Of a stretch of 64,000 bases of DNA, positions 48,719 to 61,869 are shown piece by piece. The stretch lies in contig NC_090392.1 in the NCBI RefSeq assembly GCF_036365525.1, forward strand, positions 76,323,771 to 76,387,770, given 5' to 3'. This DNA is from Heterodontus francisci. Its lineage: Eukaryota. The notes below the pieces were generated by a model, which was not told where the DNA came from, did not search any database, and saw only the letters and a program-made list of their open reading frames with translations. Position numbers and translations under genes: made by a program. Within the stretch, counting starts at the first letter, position 1; each line of letters starts with the position of its first letter.

Positions 48719-51700
48719 CATTTGGGAACGGGGGGCAAAATTTTAAAAATAGATTTTCATTCACTAACAACAGTTTTAAAAGGGTTGCAGACAGACGGGG
48801 GGCCCCAGTTACAGAGGTAACTTCCCCCACTCTCATTCTCTCCATTCCATCCCCACTCTCAAAACCTCCCTCACTCCCTCACCCAAGCTCACTCCCTCCC
48901 TTCCCTTCAGGCTTACTCTCTCCCTCAGTCTCACACACTCTACCCCTCCAATCCATTCACAGTCCCTCACTCCCTCTTTCCCCCAAGCATGGATTCGATA
49001 GAGTAAAGCTCCCGCTACACTGCCACATGGAACACTTCTAGAGAAGATACAGCACAGGTTAGATACAAAGAAAAGCACCCACTGTACCATCCCATAGAAA
49101 TAGTACAGTACAGATGAAGGCCATTCAACCCATTGAGTATGTGCCAACTCTTCCAAAGAGAAACCCAATTAGTCCCATTCCACTTTCTTTCCCTATACCT
49201 CTGCAAATATTTTTCTCCTTCAAGAATTTATTCAATTTCCTTTTGAAGGCTACTATTGAATCTGCTTCCACCATCCTATTGGGCAGTGCATTTTTGGGAA
49301 TTGGGAGCAAAATTTTAAAAATAGATTTTCATTGGCTAAGAATAGTATTAGACACTCAAACACTCCCAGTGAAGACTGAGGGGTACCGTCTTTAAAATTA
49401 TGAAAGGGTTTGATGGGGTAGACACAGAGAAGTTGTTTCCACTTGTGGGTGAGACCAAAACAAGCGGCCATAAATATAAGATAGTCAGGAAGAAACATCT
49501 TCACCCTGAGAGTAATGAGAATGTGGGACTCACTACCACAGTGAGTAGTTGAGACAAATAGAATAGATACATTTAAGGGAAAGCTCAATATATAGCTGAG
49601 GGAGAAAGGAAGAGAAGGATATGCTGATGGGATTCGATTAAATAGGGAGGGAAGAGGGTTGTGCGGAGCATAAACTGTCATGAGCCTGTTGGGCTGAATG
49701 GCCTGTTTCTGTGCTGTGAACATTTTGTAATAGTATGTTAGATACAGAGTAAAGCTCCCACTAGACTGTCTGATCAAACACACCCAGGATAGGTACAGCA
49801 CAGGGTTAGATACAGAGTAAAATTCCCGCTACACTTTCCCCATCAAACATTCCCAGGACAGGTACAGCATGGGTTAGATACAGAGTAAAGCTCCCTCTAC
49901 ACTATCAGCCTAGAGTTTGTGCAGAAGTCTCTGGAGTAGTCTCTGTCAGGATATTCTGTGAAACAAATAAATGAACAAATGCCAGTGTGAGACCTTGCAT
50001 GCTGATTGTCGATCAATAGATTATTGCAACAAGACTAAACGACTCCTTTAACCCTTTCATCGATACCCCTCTACTTACCTTGGCCAAGTTATTTCTCTGT
50101 CACTTTGTTTAACCAGACAGGTAAGTGAGCAATAGATTCTTTCAACTTGCTATAGTTTGTCACAGTTGGCAGAGGCTGAAGTGGATTAGGCAGAGGAGGA
50201 AGGAAAGAGAAAACTGAAGTAGCTTGCGTTGGCTTTCAGTATAGACACTATTCTCCTGCGAGGAAGGATTTCAGGTTCGCTGTCAGTTAACTCATTCATT
50301 CTTGGTCGAATCATTACAGATGAGGATAGCGATGTTATTTTATACTTAGGGATTTATCATTCTGTCATTTTCCAGTGGTTTCCTTCTTGTCCATTGACTC
50401 TCAGGATCTGAGATGGTAAGAGTGTACCTCTGTACTTTCATGGAAAAAAAATCCAACTGGTCTTAACCCTGGGCTATCTCCATACTTCTAGATATGGTTA
50501 GTTCATTATCTGAGATCCTTTATTCTGCCTTCTGGGGAACCACGTTTCCTCCTTGGGCTAGCCAAAAGATTTTTGTGTCAGGGCCGAGTGAAAAGCATCC
50601 ACAGTCCCCGAATGCTCTGTGTAGACTGGCCTCTGACACCCAACTGATTAAAGACGTCCTTACTTCTCAACAGGAACCTTCACAGATGACGTGAGTCCAG
50701 TTCATCCAAAGTCCTGTAATCTTGTACAATCTTCGCCTCGCAGGGTAACTGAGTATCGAGCATTGCGGGAACCTCTTCCTAACATCTTCAGGGGAAAAAA
50801 ATCCTTTCTGAAGCTTTGTTTATTGGAGTGTTGCAAATTAAACAGTACAAGCTGACAGACAGGATACGATTCCTTTTCATGTTCTGTTGGAATGGAATCT
50901 TGTTCCATTGCAGCATCCCCTGGGATAGGCCCAACTTAGTATTATTCAATAAGAGACTTGCAGAGTCAGCACTCGAGCCCAGCTGCATCGCCCTCTGATT
51001 GATGCAGCATTTGGAGATATAGATTTTTTTTACAGAGACTTAAAGCACAGCAATATGCAAATATTGCTGCAAAGGGTAAAGGCACAACTGCATGATGACA
51101 GCAGCACTGAAGCTGGTGCAGTTTGGGCAATTGAAGAGAAGGTTAAATGGAGAGTTCTGTTATCAGGACCCTTCTTAAGGTGGGTGGTCTTACTGAGAGG
51201 ACCCACTTGAACAAGGTGACCTCGTTAAAACGCTCCTCTTCATCCAAGCTTTTGGTTACCTGCCCCAATAATCTCCTTATGTAGCTCGGTGTCAAATTTT
51301 ATTTGATAACGCTCCTGTGATGTGCCTTGAGACATTTTACTACGTAAAGGTGATGTATGAACACAAGTTGTTGTTCTCTTGCCATGGGGATACTTTTGAA
51401 CCAGGAGTGTCAGCTTTGTGACTTTTTGAACAGAGGAGGAGGTTCACCATCGGACTCACACCTGTAAAGGGCAGCTGTCATCACAGACAGTGTTGTTTGG
51501 GGCACATTATGAGATGGTGAGGCATGTCTTTATTACTCTCTGTTCTCCTTAATGGTTCAATCCTGAAAGATGTGCAACTTGGTGGCATGGGATTTAGGGT
51601 CAGATTTTGAGACGTGGCTTAATTGAGATACTTAATTTTTTGCACCTCCAAAAGGCACCAAATTCAAAAGGACATCCAAACTTCATCATTACCTAGCTTG

Positions 51701-51811
51701 GGCCTTAAATCCCTTTCTCAGGGCTGAGAAAACTATCCCTTTATTTTACAGCTGTGGAACAGGTAATCAGACATTTTCAATGACAGTCTGTTTCCTTCCC
51801 ATTCCCTTTAG

Positions 51812-51978
51812 TCCACATTGGCTCTAGTATGGAAGTCATGGTTTCACCCTATGTCATCAAACTAAATGGTACATCAGCCAAACTGACCTGCACCTTCAAC
51901 TCATGCTATGATGTCAACGAAAAGCGTTTCTCCTTAAATTGGACCTATTTTGAATGTGAAAACTGCACACAAGATGTG
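51812..51978 (+). CDS. SCN2B: SCN2B exon 2
   Basis: SMEVMVSPYVIKLNGTSAKLTCTFNSCYDVNEKRFSLNWTYFECENC; retains the CTFNSCY cysteine that links beta-2 to alpha subunits. Confidence 0.96.
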
Positions 51979-52059
51979 GTAAGTGTTTTGCTTTATTTTT
52001 TGTTTCATGATATAATTGGTAGGTAATAGATGTTCTTTGGAAGAATGTTTCCTTGCAAA

Positions 52060-54680
52060 CTACCGCCCCGCATCTCCCAACTCCCTTTCTTCTCCACAGC
52101 CCTTGAACATGTTGGCATCTCCCAAATCCACGCCCATCTTTCTGCGAATCTCTCCGATCAGGTTTCTGCCTCCTGCCACAGCACTGAAACAGTACTAATC
52201 AAATTCACAAATGACATCAACCATGGTAAACTATCCTGCCTCCTCTTTCTCAACTTGTTTATTTATTTAGAGATACAGCACTGAAACAGGCCCTTTGGCC
52301 CACCAAGTCTGTGCTGACCATCAACCACCCATTGATACTAACCCTACATTAATCCCATATTCCTACCACATCCCCACCTATACTAGGAGCAATTTATAAT
52401 GGCCAATTTACCTATCAACCTTTGGCTGTGGGAGGAAACCAGAGCACCCAGCGAAAACCCACACAGTCACAGGGAGAACTTGCAAACTCCACACAGGCAG
52501 TGCCCAGAATTGAACCCAGGTCGCTGGAGCTGTGAGGCTGCGGTGCTAACCACTGCGCCACTGTGCTGCCCCAACCATTGTCTGCAACCAGTGACACGAT
52601 TGACCGCACAATCCTCCGACATCTCTCCTCCATCATCCAGCTGGGTGGGACTGCTCTCAACAGGTTCAACTCCTACCTATCCATCCATTGCCAGAGAATC
52701 TCCTGCAATAATTTATCTTGCTGCTCCCGCACCATTTCCTCCAGAGTCCCCCAACGATCTATCCTTGGTCCCCTCCTATTTATCCTTTGCATTCTGTCTC
52801 TCGGTGACATCATCCAAAAACACATCACGTTCCACATTTATGCCGATGACACTCAGCTCTACCTCACCACCACCTCGCCCAACCACTCCACCATCACTGA
52901 TTTATCAGACTAACTGTCCGACATCCAGTCAAGAATGAGACAAAATTCCCTGTAAATAAGCATTGGAAAGGGTGACGTCATTGTCTTTGCCCCACTCCCC
53001 CTCACAAACTCTGTTCCCTTGCCACCAGTTGCAGCTCCCTCTCCAGCCATTGTCTGAGGCTGAACCCAACTGTTTACAACCTTGCCGTGTTATTTGACCC
53101 TAAGCCCCAGATCCTGTACATCACAAAGACCACCTACTTCTACCTCCATAGCATGACACGAAAATTGGTGGTGTCGTAAATAATGAGGTGGAAAGCCTTA
53201 GATTACAGGATGATATAGATGGGCTGGTAAGATGGGCAGAGCAGTGACAAACGGAATTTAATCCTGAGAAGTGTGAGGTGTTGCATTTTGGGAGGATTAA
53301 CAAAGCAAGGGAATATACAATGGATGGTAGGGCCCTAGGAAGTATGGAGGGTCAGAGGGACCTTGGTGTACTTGTCCATAGATCACTGGAGGCAGCAGCA
53401 CAGGTAGATAAGGTGGTTAGGAAGGCATATGGCCTTTATTAGCCGAGGCATAGAATATAAGAGCAGGGAGGTTATGATGGAGCTGTATAAAATGCTAGTT
53501 AGGCCACAGCTGGAGTACTGTGTACAGTTCTGGGCACCACACTATAGCAAGGATGTGATTGCACTGGAGAGGATGCAAAGGAGATTCACCAGGATGTTGC
53601 CTGGGCTGGAGCATTTCAGCTATGAAGAGAGACTGGATAGGCTAGGGTTGTTTTCCTTAGAGCAGAGAAGGCTGAGGGCAGTTATGATTGAGGTATACAA
53701 AATTATGAGGGGCATTGATACGTTAGATAGGAAGAAACTTTTCCCCTTAGCGGAGGGGTCAATAACCAGGGGGCATAGATTTAAGGTAAGGGGCAGGAGG
53801 TTTAGAGGGGATTTGAGGAAAAAATGTTTCACCCAGAGGGTGGTTGGAATCTGGAACGCACTGCCTGAACAGGTGGTAGAGGCAGGAACCCTCACAACAT
53901 TTAAGAAGTATTTAGATGTGCACTTGAAACGCCATAGCATACAAGGCTACGGGAAAAGTGCTGGAAAATGGGATTAGAATAGTTAGGTGCTTGTTAGCTG
54001 GCATGGACAAGATGGGCCGAAGGGGCCTGTTTCTGTGCTGTATAACTCTATGACTCTATTGCCTGTCGCCGCCCCTGCCTCAGCCCATTTCCTGCTGAAA
54101 TTCTCATCCATGCCTTTGTTACCTCCAGACTCAACTATTCCAATGTTCTTCTGGCTGGCCCCCCAGCTTCCACTTTCCGTAAACTTAAGCTCATCCAAAA
54201 CATAACCTTGTTTTGTAACTCCCATTCACCTTTCACCTCTGTGCTCACTGACCTAAAATGGCTCCTGATCCAGCAACTCCTCAATTTTAAAATTCTCATC
54301 CTAGTGTTCAAATCCCTCATTGGCCTCATCCCTCCCTATCTCTGGAACCTCCTTAAGCTCCACAACCCTCCAAGATATCTGCATTCCTCCAATTCTGGCC
54401 TCTTGTGCACTCCTCACTTCTTTCACACACCACTCTGTCAGCCGTACCTTCAGCTGCATGGGCCCTAAGCTTTGAAATTACCTCCCTAAACCTCTCCGCC
54501 CTTTGACAGTTCTGTCCTCCTTTAATATGCTCCTTAAAACCTCTTTGACCAAGCTTTGGGTCACCTGTCCAAATATCTCCTCTTTGACTTAGAATCAGTT
54601 TTGCTTTCGTAACGCCCCTGTGAAGCACTTTGGGTTGTGTTTGCTACAATAAAGGTGCCATGTAAATTCAAGTTGTTGTT
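52060..54680 (+). mobile_element. L2 LINE remnant with nested HE1 SINE (52258-52572, minus) and CR1 fragment (53155-54056, plus)
   Basis: L2 RT VPQRSILGPLLF...HIYADDTQLY continues across both inserts; CR1 ORF 53429-53977. Confidence 0.88.
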
Positions 54681-54854
54681 GACTGGGAGCAATGTAACAG
54701 CACGTTGAATGCAGGCTGGTTAAGCTATAGAGAATGGGGTGGCCCAGTACAGAGGGCCTGATGCAGTTAGACAAATGAAGGGGTGCTATGGTCTTCTTAG
54801 TAGATAGCTATAGAGTGTCATTGGCAGATCATAACTTCTTTCTCAGTGACATCA

Positions 54855-55350
54855 GCTTGCACGTATATAACATCTTTAATATAGGAAAATGCTCCAAAGC
54901 GTTTCACAGGAGTGTTATCAAACAAAATTTGGCACAGAGCCATTTAAGGAGATTTAAGGACAGATGACCAAAAGCTTGGTCAAGGAAGTAGGTTTTAAGG
55001 AGCATCTTAAAAGAGGAGAAGGAGGTAGAGAGATGGAGAGGTTTAGGGAAGGAATTCCAGAGTTTAGGGCCTCACCAGCTGAAAGCATGGCCACCAATGG
55101 TGATGCAATTAAAAATCTGAGATGTTCAATAGGCCGAGATTGGAGAAGTGCAAAGATCTCGGAGGGTTGTAGGGCTGGAGGAGAGATCAGGAATTGTGAG
55201 TCCATGGAGGGGTGTGAAAACAGGAAGCAGAATGTAAAATTCGAAGTGTTGCCAGACCAGGAGCCAATGTAGGTCAGCAAGCACAGGGGCAATGGGTGAA
55301 CAGGAGATGGTGCGAGTTAGGATGCGGGTAGTAGAGTTTTGGATGAGTCC
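54855..55350 (-). mobile_element. L2-type 3' fragment
   Basis: Reverse complement of the L2 tail. Confidence 0.7.
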
Positions 55351-55436
55351 AGCCAGAGGTGTTGGGTTAGAAATAGACTTCTAGAGGGGAGGAATTAATG
55401 TGTTTAACAAACCTTTCTCTTTTCTCCCCCCTGTAG

Positions 55437-55647
55437 CTTGTCCAGTTTCGGCGTAAGGTGCTCATGCCCAGAACAGACCGCTTTTTGGGTAGGGTGGAGT
55501 GGTCAGGGAACCTGAAAAGGAATGATGTCTCTGTCACTATTCATGACATCCAGCTCAGTGATGAAGGCTTTTACAACTGTTCTGTGTTAAACCCTCCTGA
55601 CAGACACAACGGATGGGGATTAATCTATCTGAGAGTGGTTACAGAAG
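55437..55647 (+). CDS. SCN2B: SCN2B exon 3
   Basis: LVQFRRKVLMPRTDRFLGRVEWSGNLKRNDVSV...DEGFYNCSVLNPPDRH; phases 0 to 1. Confidence 0.96.
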
Positions 55648-56064
55648 GTATTGTAAAATAATGTTGTTGTCTCGATCACTTTATCTCCATGACATGCCCG
55701 GTCTACCCCTGCATCTGATCTTCCATTGCATTTTCTCTCCGTTTTCTGCTATTTCTGCTCTTTTGTGTTCCTGCTGTAGATGTTCCTCCCTTAACTGACT
55801 AACCACTTGTCTAAACCAAAATTTGAATTTTGTACCATTTTAGAATTTGTTAAATAATTCTTGAAGAGAGAAAAAAAACTCAGGCAAACTTGAACATCCT
55901 ACTTGACAAGAAGTGAGTAACTTATAGTCCTGCCATGAAGAAGCGCAGGTGAAGTTTGGCAGGAAGACGAGAAACTTTCCTCTGGGATTGGAGCCTGTAT
56001 CTCTCTCCAGCTGATGGGATGGAGGCTTTTTCTGTTTGATGACTGCAAGATGAAATGGGGTTCA

Positions 56065-56960
56065 TCCAGGCTTTTCAACACTCTCCTGCTCAGCCTCCCA
56101 TTTGCCCCCCTCTGTAAACTTGCGCTCATCCAAAACTCTGCTGCCCGTGTCCTAACTCACACCAAGTCCCTTTTACCCATCACCCCTGTGCTTGTTAGTT
56201 TAGTTTAGTTTAGAGATACAGCACTGAAACAGGCCCTTCGGCCCACCGAGTCTGTGCCGACCCATCAACCACCCATTTATATACTAATCCTACACTAATT
56301 CCATATTCCTACCACATCCCCACCTGTCCTTATATTTCCCTACCATCTACCTATACTAGGGACAATTTTATAATGGCCAATTTACCTATCAACCTGCAAG
56401 TCCTTTGGCTGTGGGAGGAAACCGGAGCACCCGGAGGAAACCCACGCAGACACAGGGAGAACTTGCAAACTCCACACAGGCAGTACCCAGAATTGAACCC
56501 GGGTCGCTGGAGCTGTGAGGCTGCGGTGCTAACCACTGCGCCACTGTTGACCCACATTGTCTCCCAGTCCACCAACGACTTCAATTTAAAATTCACCTTC
56601 TTGTATTTATATTCCTCCCTATCTCTGTAATCTCCTCCAGCCCTATAACCCTTAGACATCTCTGCCCTCCTCCAATTCTGGCTTTTTGTGCATCCCCCAT
56701 TTTAATCACTCTACCCATTGGCGGCAGTGCCTTCAGCTACCTGAGTCCTAAGCTGTAGAATTCCCTCCCTAAACCTCTCCATCTCTCTACCTCTCTCTCC
56801 TCCTTTAATATGTTCCTTAAAACCTGCCTCTGAGACCAAGCTTTAGTTCATCTGTCCTAATATCTCTTTATGTGCCTCAGTATCAAATTCTGTTCAATAA
56901 CGCTCCTGTGATGCACCTTGGGACATTTTACTACATTAAAGGCACTATATAAATGCGATT
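56065..56960 (+). mobile_element. L2 3' fragment with nested HE1 SINE (56196-56547, minus)
   Basis: LIQNSAARVLT..PITPVL interrupted by (TTTAG)n-tailed V-SINE. Confidence 0.82.
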
Positions 56961-57381
56961 TGATGGCATCAACCTGAATTAGTGTTCCCTCTTTTTTTTA
57001 TTGTTGTGCCCAGTCTGTTCATTTCAATGCATGGTTCTGTTTCATTTTTGCCTGGCCACACACACACATTACCTTAAAAACAGGACAAATTGTGCGGAAC
57101 CTTCCAGGTTGCTCTGCACCTGTTCATTCTTAAAGGGAACATTAGCCTAAACCCAGTAAGTCCAGTCCACAAATTGTCACTGCAAAGAGTCACAGTGATG
57201 GTATTCCCAACTGACATACTGCTGGCCACAAAATCCCCACAAAGTGCCCTTCTTTAAACATTTTATAGAATACTCATAGATCCTATGTTCATTTTTTTTC
57301 CTCCAAAAGTATGCATCTAGCAAGAGACTCCCTCCACGCATGAAGAAGACTATTCCTAATGGTGTGAAATTTCTCTTTCAG

Positions 57382-57581
57382 TTCCCCCTGAACGTGACTC
57401 CACAGTCGCTGTGATTATAGGAGCATCAGTTGGGGGGTTTCTGGCTGTCGTCATTCTGATCTTAGTGATTGTGAAGTGCGTGAGGAGGAAAAAGAAACAA
57501 GATCATCAATGTGAAGATCAGAAAACCGAAGAGGAAGGGAAAACAGATGGTGAAGGCAATCAGGAAGAAGATGGAAAGTAA
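57382..57581 (+). CDS. SCN2B: SCN2B exon 4 (TM + cytoplasmic tail)
   Basis: PPERDSTVAVIIGASVGGFLAVVILILVIVKCVRRKK...KTEEEGKTDGEGNQEEDGK*; near-identical to mammalian beta-2; the stop overlaps a donor AA|GTAAGG. Confidence 0.96.
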
Positions 57582-57614
57582 GGATCTCTGTCAGACCCAA
57601 CTATATATCACAGT

Positions 57615-57960
57615 GTCAGTTGTAGCTCAGTGGCGAGCAGTCTCAACTCTGTGTCAGAAAGTTGTGGATTCAAGTCCCACTCCAGAGATGTGAGTCCACA
57701 ATTGAGGCTGACACTCCAGTGCAGTACTGAAGGAGTGCTGCACTGCCAGCAGTGCTGGTTCCTTGGATAAGGCACGAAACCAAGATCCTGTCTGCCCTCT
57801 CAGGTGGACATAAAAGATCCCAGGGCACTATTTCAGTGAACAGCAGGGAATTGCTCCCCAATCATCTGGGTGAGCATTTGTCCCTCAAACAGCATCACTA
57901 AAAACAGATAGTTGGTGTTCATAGGGGCTTGCTGTGACAGGCGTTATATCAATGCAAGCT
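57615..57960 (+). mobile_element. DeuSINE copy just after SCN2B exon 4
   Basis: GTAGCTCAGTGG head, Deu core AAAAGATCCCAGGGCACTATT. Confidence 0.7.
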
Positions 57961-58131
57961 TGTTTGTTCCTTCCTGGAAGCAAAGGAGTCCGATGATGCT
58001 ATACCTGAGAGATCGCAGAGTGGAAGAGGCAGGAAACCTTATGTAGAATTAAATATTCGGAGTCAAGATTCCTGGCATTGAGATTCAAATTCATGCTGGT
58101 TTTTGCTTGAATTATATTTCCATTTTTGCAG

Positions 58132-58141
58132 GCAGCACTAA
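58132..58141 (+). CDS. SCN2B: Candidate SCN2B terminal exon 5 (adds QH; long 3' UTR follows)
   Basis: Acceptor tttccatttttgcag|G CAG CAC TAA is in frame with the donor at 57578; AATAAA at 59870. Confidence 0.5.
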
Positions 58142-58689
58142 ACCAACACAGGGACAATAGAAAAGGTAGAGGCTGAGGATGACCTGCCTCTGGTGAGAAC
58201 TGTTGGTCTTCGTGCTTCGTGGGATATTACTGATTTGTCTCCGTGTTCAACCCGCGCCGCTTCACATTAAAATGAACGCCGAGACGTGCCGTTAAACTAT
58301 ACTAGCTTCGTCGTGCATGCCATCACCTCCAAACAATGTGCAGGTGTAACACTAAAACATGGTGGTGCCCAACATGAGCACCAGCTTCACACCATGGCCG
58401 TATATACTTGCTACACATCACGCCAAGTGTCATATTAGTGTGGTGAATCCTAACTAGGATGTTAATTGTGCATGTTTTAATTGGACAGCGATGAATAGAC
58501 AGTACCTAACTGTTAAAAATAATGCACACCCAGGCTAATTGCTGCATGGCTTTCTTATTCATTGATGAGGTAATTTTAATCCAACTCACCGGATGGGAGT
58601 CCCACAGGATCAGGTGTAATTCTGCTTTCACATCTGGCTCAATATTACCCTCCATTAGCTTCAATAGGAAGTAAAAGCAGCATTACTTT

Positions 58690-59430
58690 CTAAATGGTGA
58701 AAAGCTAGGAACAGTCCAAAGAGACTTGGGGGTCCAGGTACACAGATCATTGAAATATCATGAAGAGGTACAGAAAATAATGAAAAAGGTAATGGAATGC
58801 TGGCTTTTATATCTAGAGGAACCGAATACAAGAGGGTAGAAGTCATGCTTGAGCTATACAAAGTTCTGGATAAACCACACCTGGAGTTACTGTGAGCAGT
58901 TTTGGGCACCACACCTTAGGAAGGATAAGTTGGCTTTGGAGGGAGTGCAGTGTAGATTTACCAGAATGATAACTGGACTCTAAGGGTTAAATCATGAGGA
59001 GAGATTGCACAGACTATGGTTATATTCCTGAAATTTAGAAGGTTACGGGGTGATTTGATCAAAGTTCTCAAGATAATAAGAGGAACAGATAGGAAAGATA
59101 GAAAGAAAATATTTCACTGTTTGGGAAGTCCAGGGTGAGGGGTCTAGTCGAAAAATTAGAGCCAGACCTCTCAGGTGTGAAATTAGGAAACACTTCTACA
59201 CATAAAGTTTAGTAGAAGTTTGGAACTCTCTTCTGCAAATGGCAATTGATGCTAGATCTATTGTTACTTCTAAATCTGAGATTCACAGATTTTTTGTTAA
59301 CCAAAGGTATTAAGGGATATGGGGCAAAGGAGGCTGTATGGAGTTCGGGCAGAGATCAGCCTTGATGTCATTGAATGATGGAACAGGCTCGAGGGGCTGA
59401 ATGGCCTCCTCCTGTTGCTATGTTATTCTG
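58690..59430 (+). mobile_element. Old CR1 3' fragment in putative SCN2B 3' UTR
   Basis: Degenerate CR1 ORF2 end and GGCCTCCTCCTGTT tail. Confidence 0.7.
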
Positions 59431-60289
59431 TGCATCCAATCCCCTGTTTCTAACAGGCAGGTAAGGTTAAGATTTCCCTCAGTATTAATATTGTTGCTGA
59501 CTTTGTTTTTTTACCAAAAAATTCTCAAAGCATCCAAGATAAAGACTTGGGAGACGCCAGTGTGTCTATTGGGATGGTCACTAGATCTTGAATGAATCAT
59601 GGGATACTGTTCTTGTTTGGCCAATTACCTTGTTAATCTAAGAATATGGGAACTAAAAAATATGGAGGTTTGGACTTGATGACTGTAAAATGGCCATCTC
59701 AAAATGACTTCCAATGTCTTTCTCCATTGGAAGAAGAGGGAGTAATGGCCTGTTCTCTTGTGCCAGATGTGTGGGTAATTTTGTGCAGAGAAATTTAGTT
59801 TGTTTAGGGATGGACTAAGAAGCCATTTTTACACAGAAAAGAAAACATTTACAACTTTGTTTGAGCGCGAATAAAAGTCCCAAGGCCAGAAGGCTCCACA
59901 CAGCTAACAAATGGCCCAAATGTATTATTCTAGTCATCAGGGCTGATATGAGGTTTCCTGGCAGAATTCCCATTGCTCCGCTAATGGCCCAGAGTTTCCC
60001 AGAATCAGGGGATCCTATTCCGAGTCTCCAGTAGCCCAGGTCATCAGTGATTTAAATTTCCTGCCGCAGTGCACCCACATGAATAGCAGACACTGATCTG
60101 TGAGGCACTGTATGTGATAACTGGCTGTTACCCTGGCAATGGGAGACAGAACCAGGTTAAACCACATTCATTTTAAAAGGAATCATTTCCCAGCCTTTCC
60201 CACAAAGCTCATCACCAGCTCAAAGTTGTCATCCGCAAAGAACCAGAACCAGCCAAGAGAGGGGTGACTCTGAAAGCAGATCGGGGGGC

Positions 60290-60755
60290 TAGAGACTGGG
60301 GAGGAGACGGGGGAATGGGACCTCGGTGGAGAGAGAGACTGGGGAATGTGGGCTCGGGGGAAGGGGAGTCTGGGGAATGGGGGCTCGGGGGAAAGGGAGA
60401 ATGGGGAATGGGAGCTCGGTGGAGAGGGAGACTGGGGAATGTGGGCTCGGGGGAAGGGGAGTCTGGGGAATGGGGGCTCAGATGAGAGGAAGACTGGGGG
60501 ATGGGGGCTCGGCAGAGAGGAAGACTGGGGAATGGGGGCTCGGGGGAAAGGGAGAATGGGGAATGGGAGCTCGGTGGAGAGGGAGACTGGGGAATGTGGG
60601 CTCGGGGGAAGGGGAGTCTGGGGAATGGAGGCTCAGATGAGAGGAAGACTGGGGGATGGGGGCTCGGCGGAGAGGAAGACTGGGGAATGTGGGCTCGGGG
60701 AAGGGGAGACTGGGGAATGGGGGCTTGGAATGAAAGATGGAAACTGGGGAATAGG
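60290..60755. repeat. G-rich compound tandem repeat
   Basis: GACTGGGGAATG(T/G)GGGCTCGG subunits in a higher-order array. Confidence 0.85.
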
Positions 60756-61869
60756 GGCTTAACATCCTTTTTTTCCCCACCCATTTCAGTACTTTTGTAA
60801 CTAACAAAAGCGTACAAAGTAAATGAATTCTTTTGGTGTCCAGCAGATTAATTTTTAATTCCTGGAGAGTCCAAGACAATCCTGGAGGGTTAGCTTCACT
60901 TGATGAGCGAGGGACTCCTGTCTACTTTTGTTTCTGACTAAGGTGTAACTCTCCCAGTTGCTGCACGCTAATGACATCATGAATACAATGGGGAGCTTCC
61001 CCACCATCACCTCCCCCCCCCCTTTGCTATTGTAAATGAATTCCAACAGAGCGAGCTTCAAAATAGTCACCATAGACCTTCCCCAACATATCAAACACAT
61101 ATAGACTCATTGCAAAATTTCCAAAACATTTTGCTTAACAATTTAGGAAACGGTTAAAGTATTTGAGAAACGATACTGTTTTTATACCTTTTTCATGGTG
61201 TTTTTCCCCTTTGGGAGGTTTTCAGTACTGCAGAAGTTAAATGAGGGGATTGTCAAGGGTTCTAATATCTGTTAGTTGTAACACAGTTAAAAATAAAGTA
61301 AATGTGATTGAAATAACACATCATGATTTTCTGAAGTTCCTTTTTATACTTCCTCCAATTCACTCTCCTCCTGTCTTGAAGACACTAACTGGCCTCAGGC
61401 ATGTTTGCATTCTTCATGTTTGAGTCTCAACATTAGGTATCAGGAGGCTAATTGAACATGGGGGTATCATGGTCCAGTCTGATGCTGTCCTTAGCTAATG
61501 TACACACTGCTCATTCTCCAATTGGAATTTAAAGCACAGTGATCAAGAGAGGAAGTCCTAACTGGCTTTAAACATTCTCTATCTTGGAGAAGCTGAGACC
61601 ATGTCATCACCCTCAGCTTATGTCCCTCCTGATCTATGTGACTTAGGACCACACTTAGATCCTGCTCAATACACCAAGATTAGGCTCATGTATGAATAAT
61701 GGCCATTATAGTGATTATCAGCCTTCTAGGCTCTAAGGTCTGGAATGTCAACTCAAACCATCCCCATCTCAAGCTTTCTCTTCTCCTTTAAGACCCTCCT
61801 TAAAACTTACCTTTTTGACACAGTGTAGTTGCCTTCCCGAATGACTCCTTCTTCAGATCCGTACCACCC

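Noticed and set aside
60212-60879. Cluster of long ORFs on both strands
   Set aside because: Artefact of a stop-poor G-rich tandem repeat
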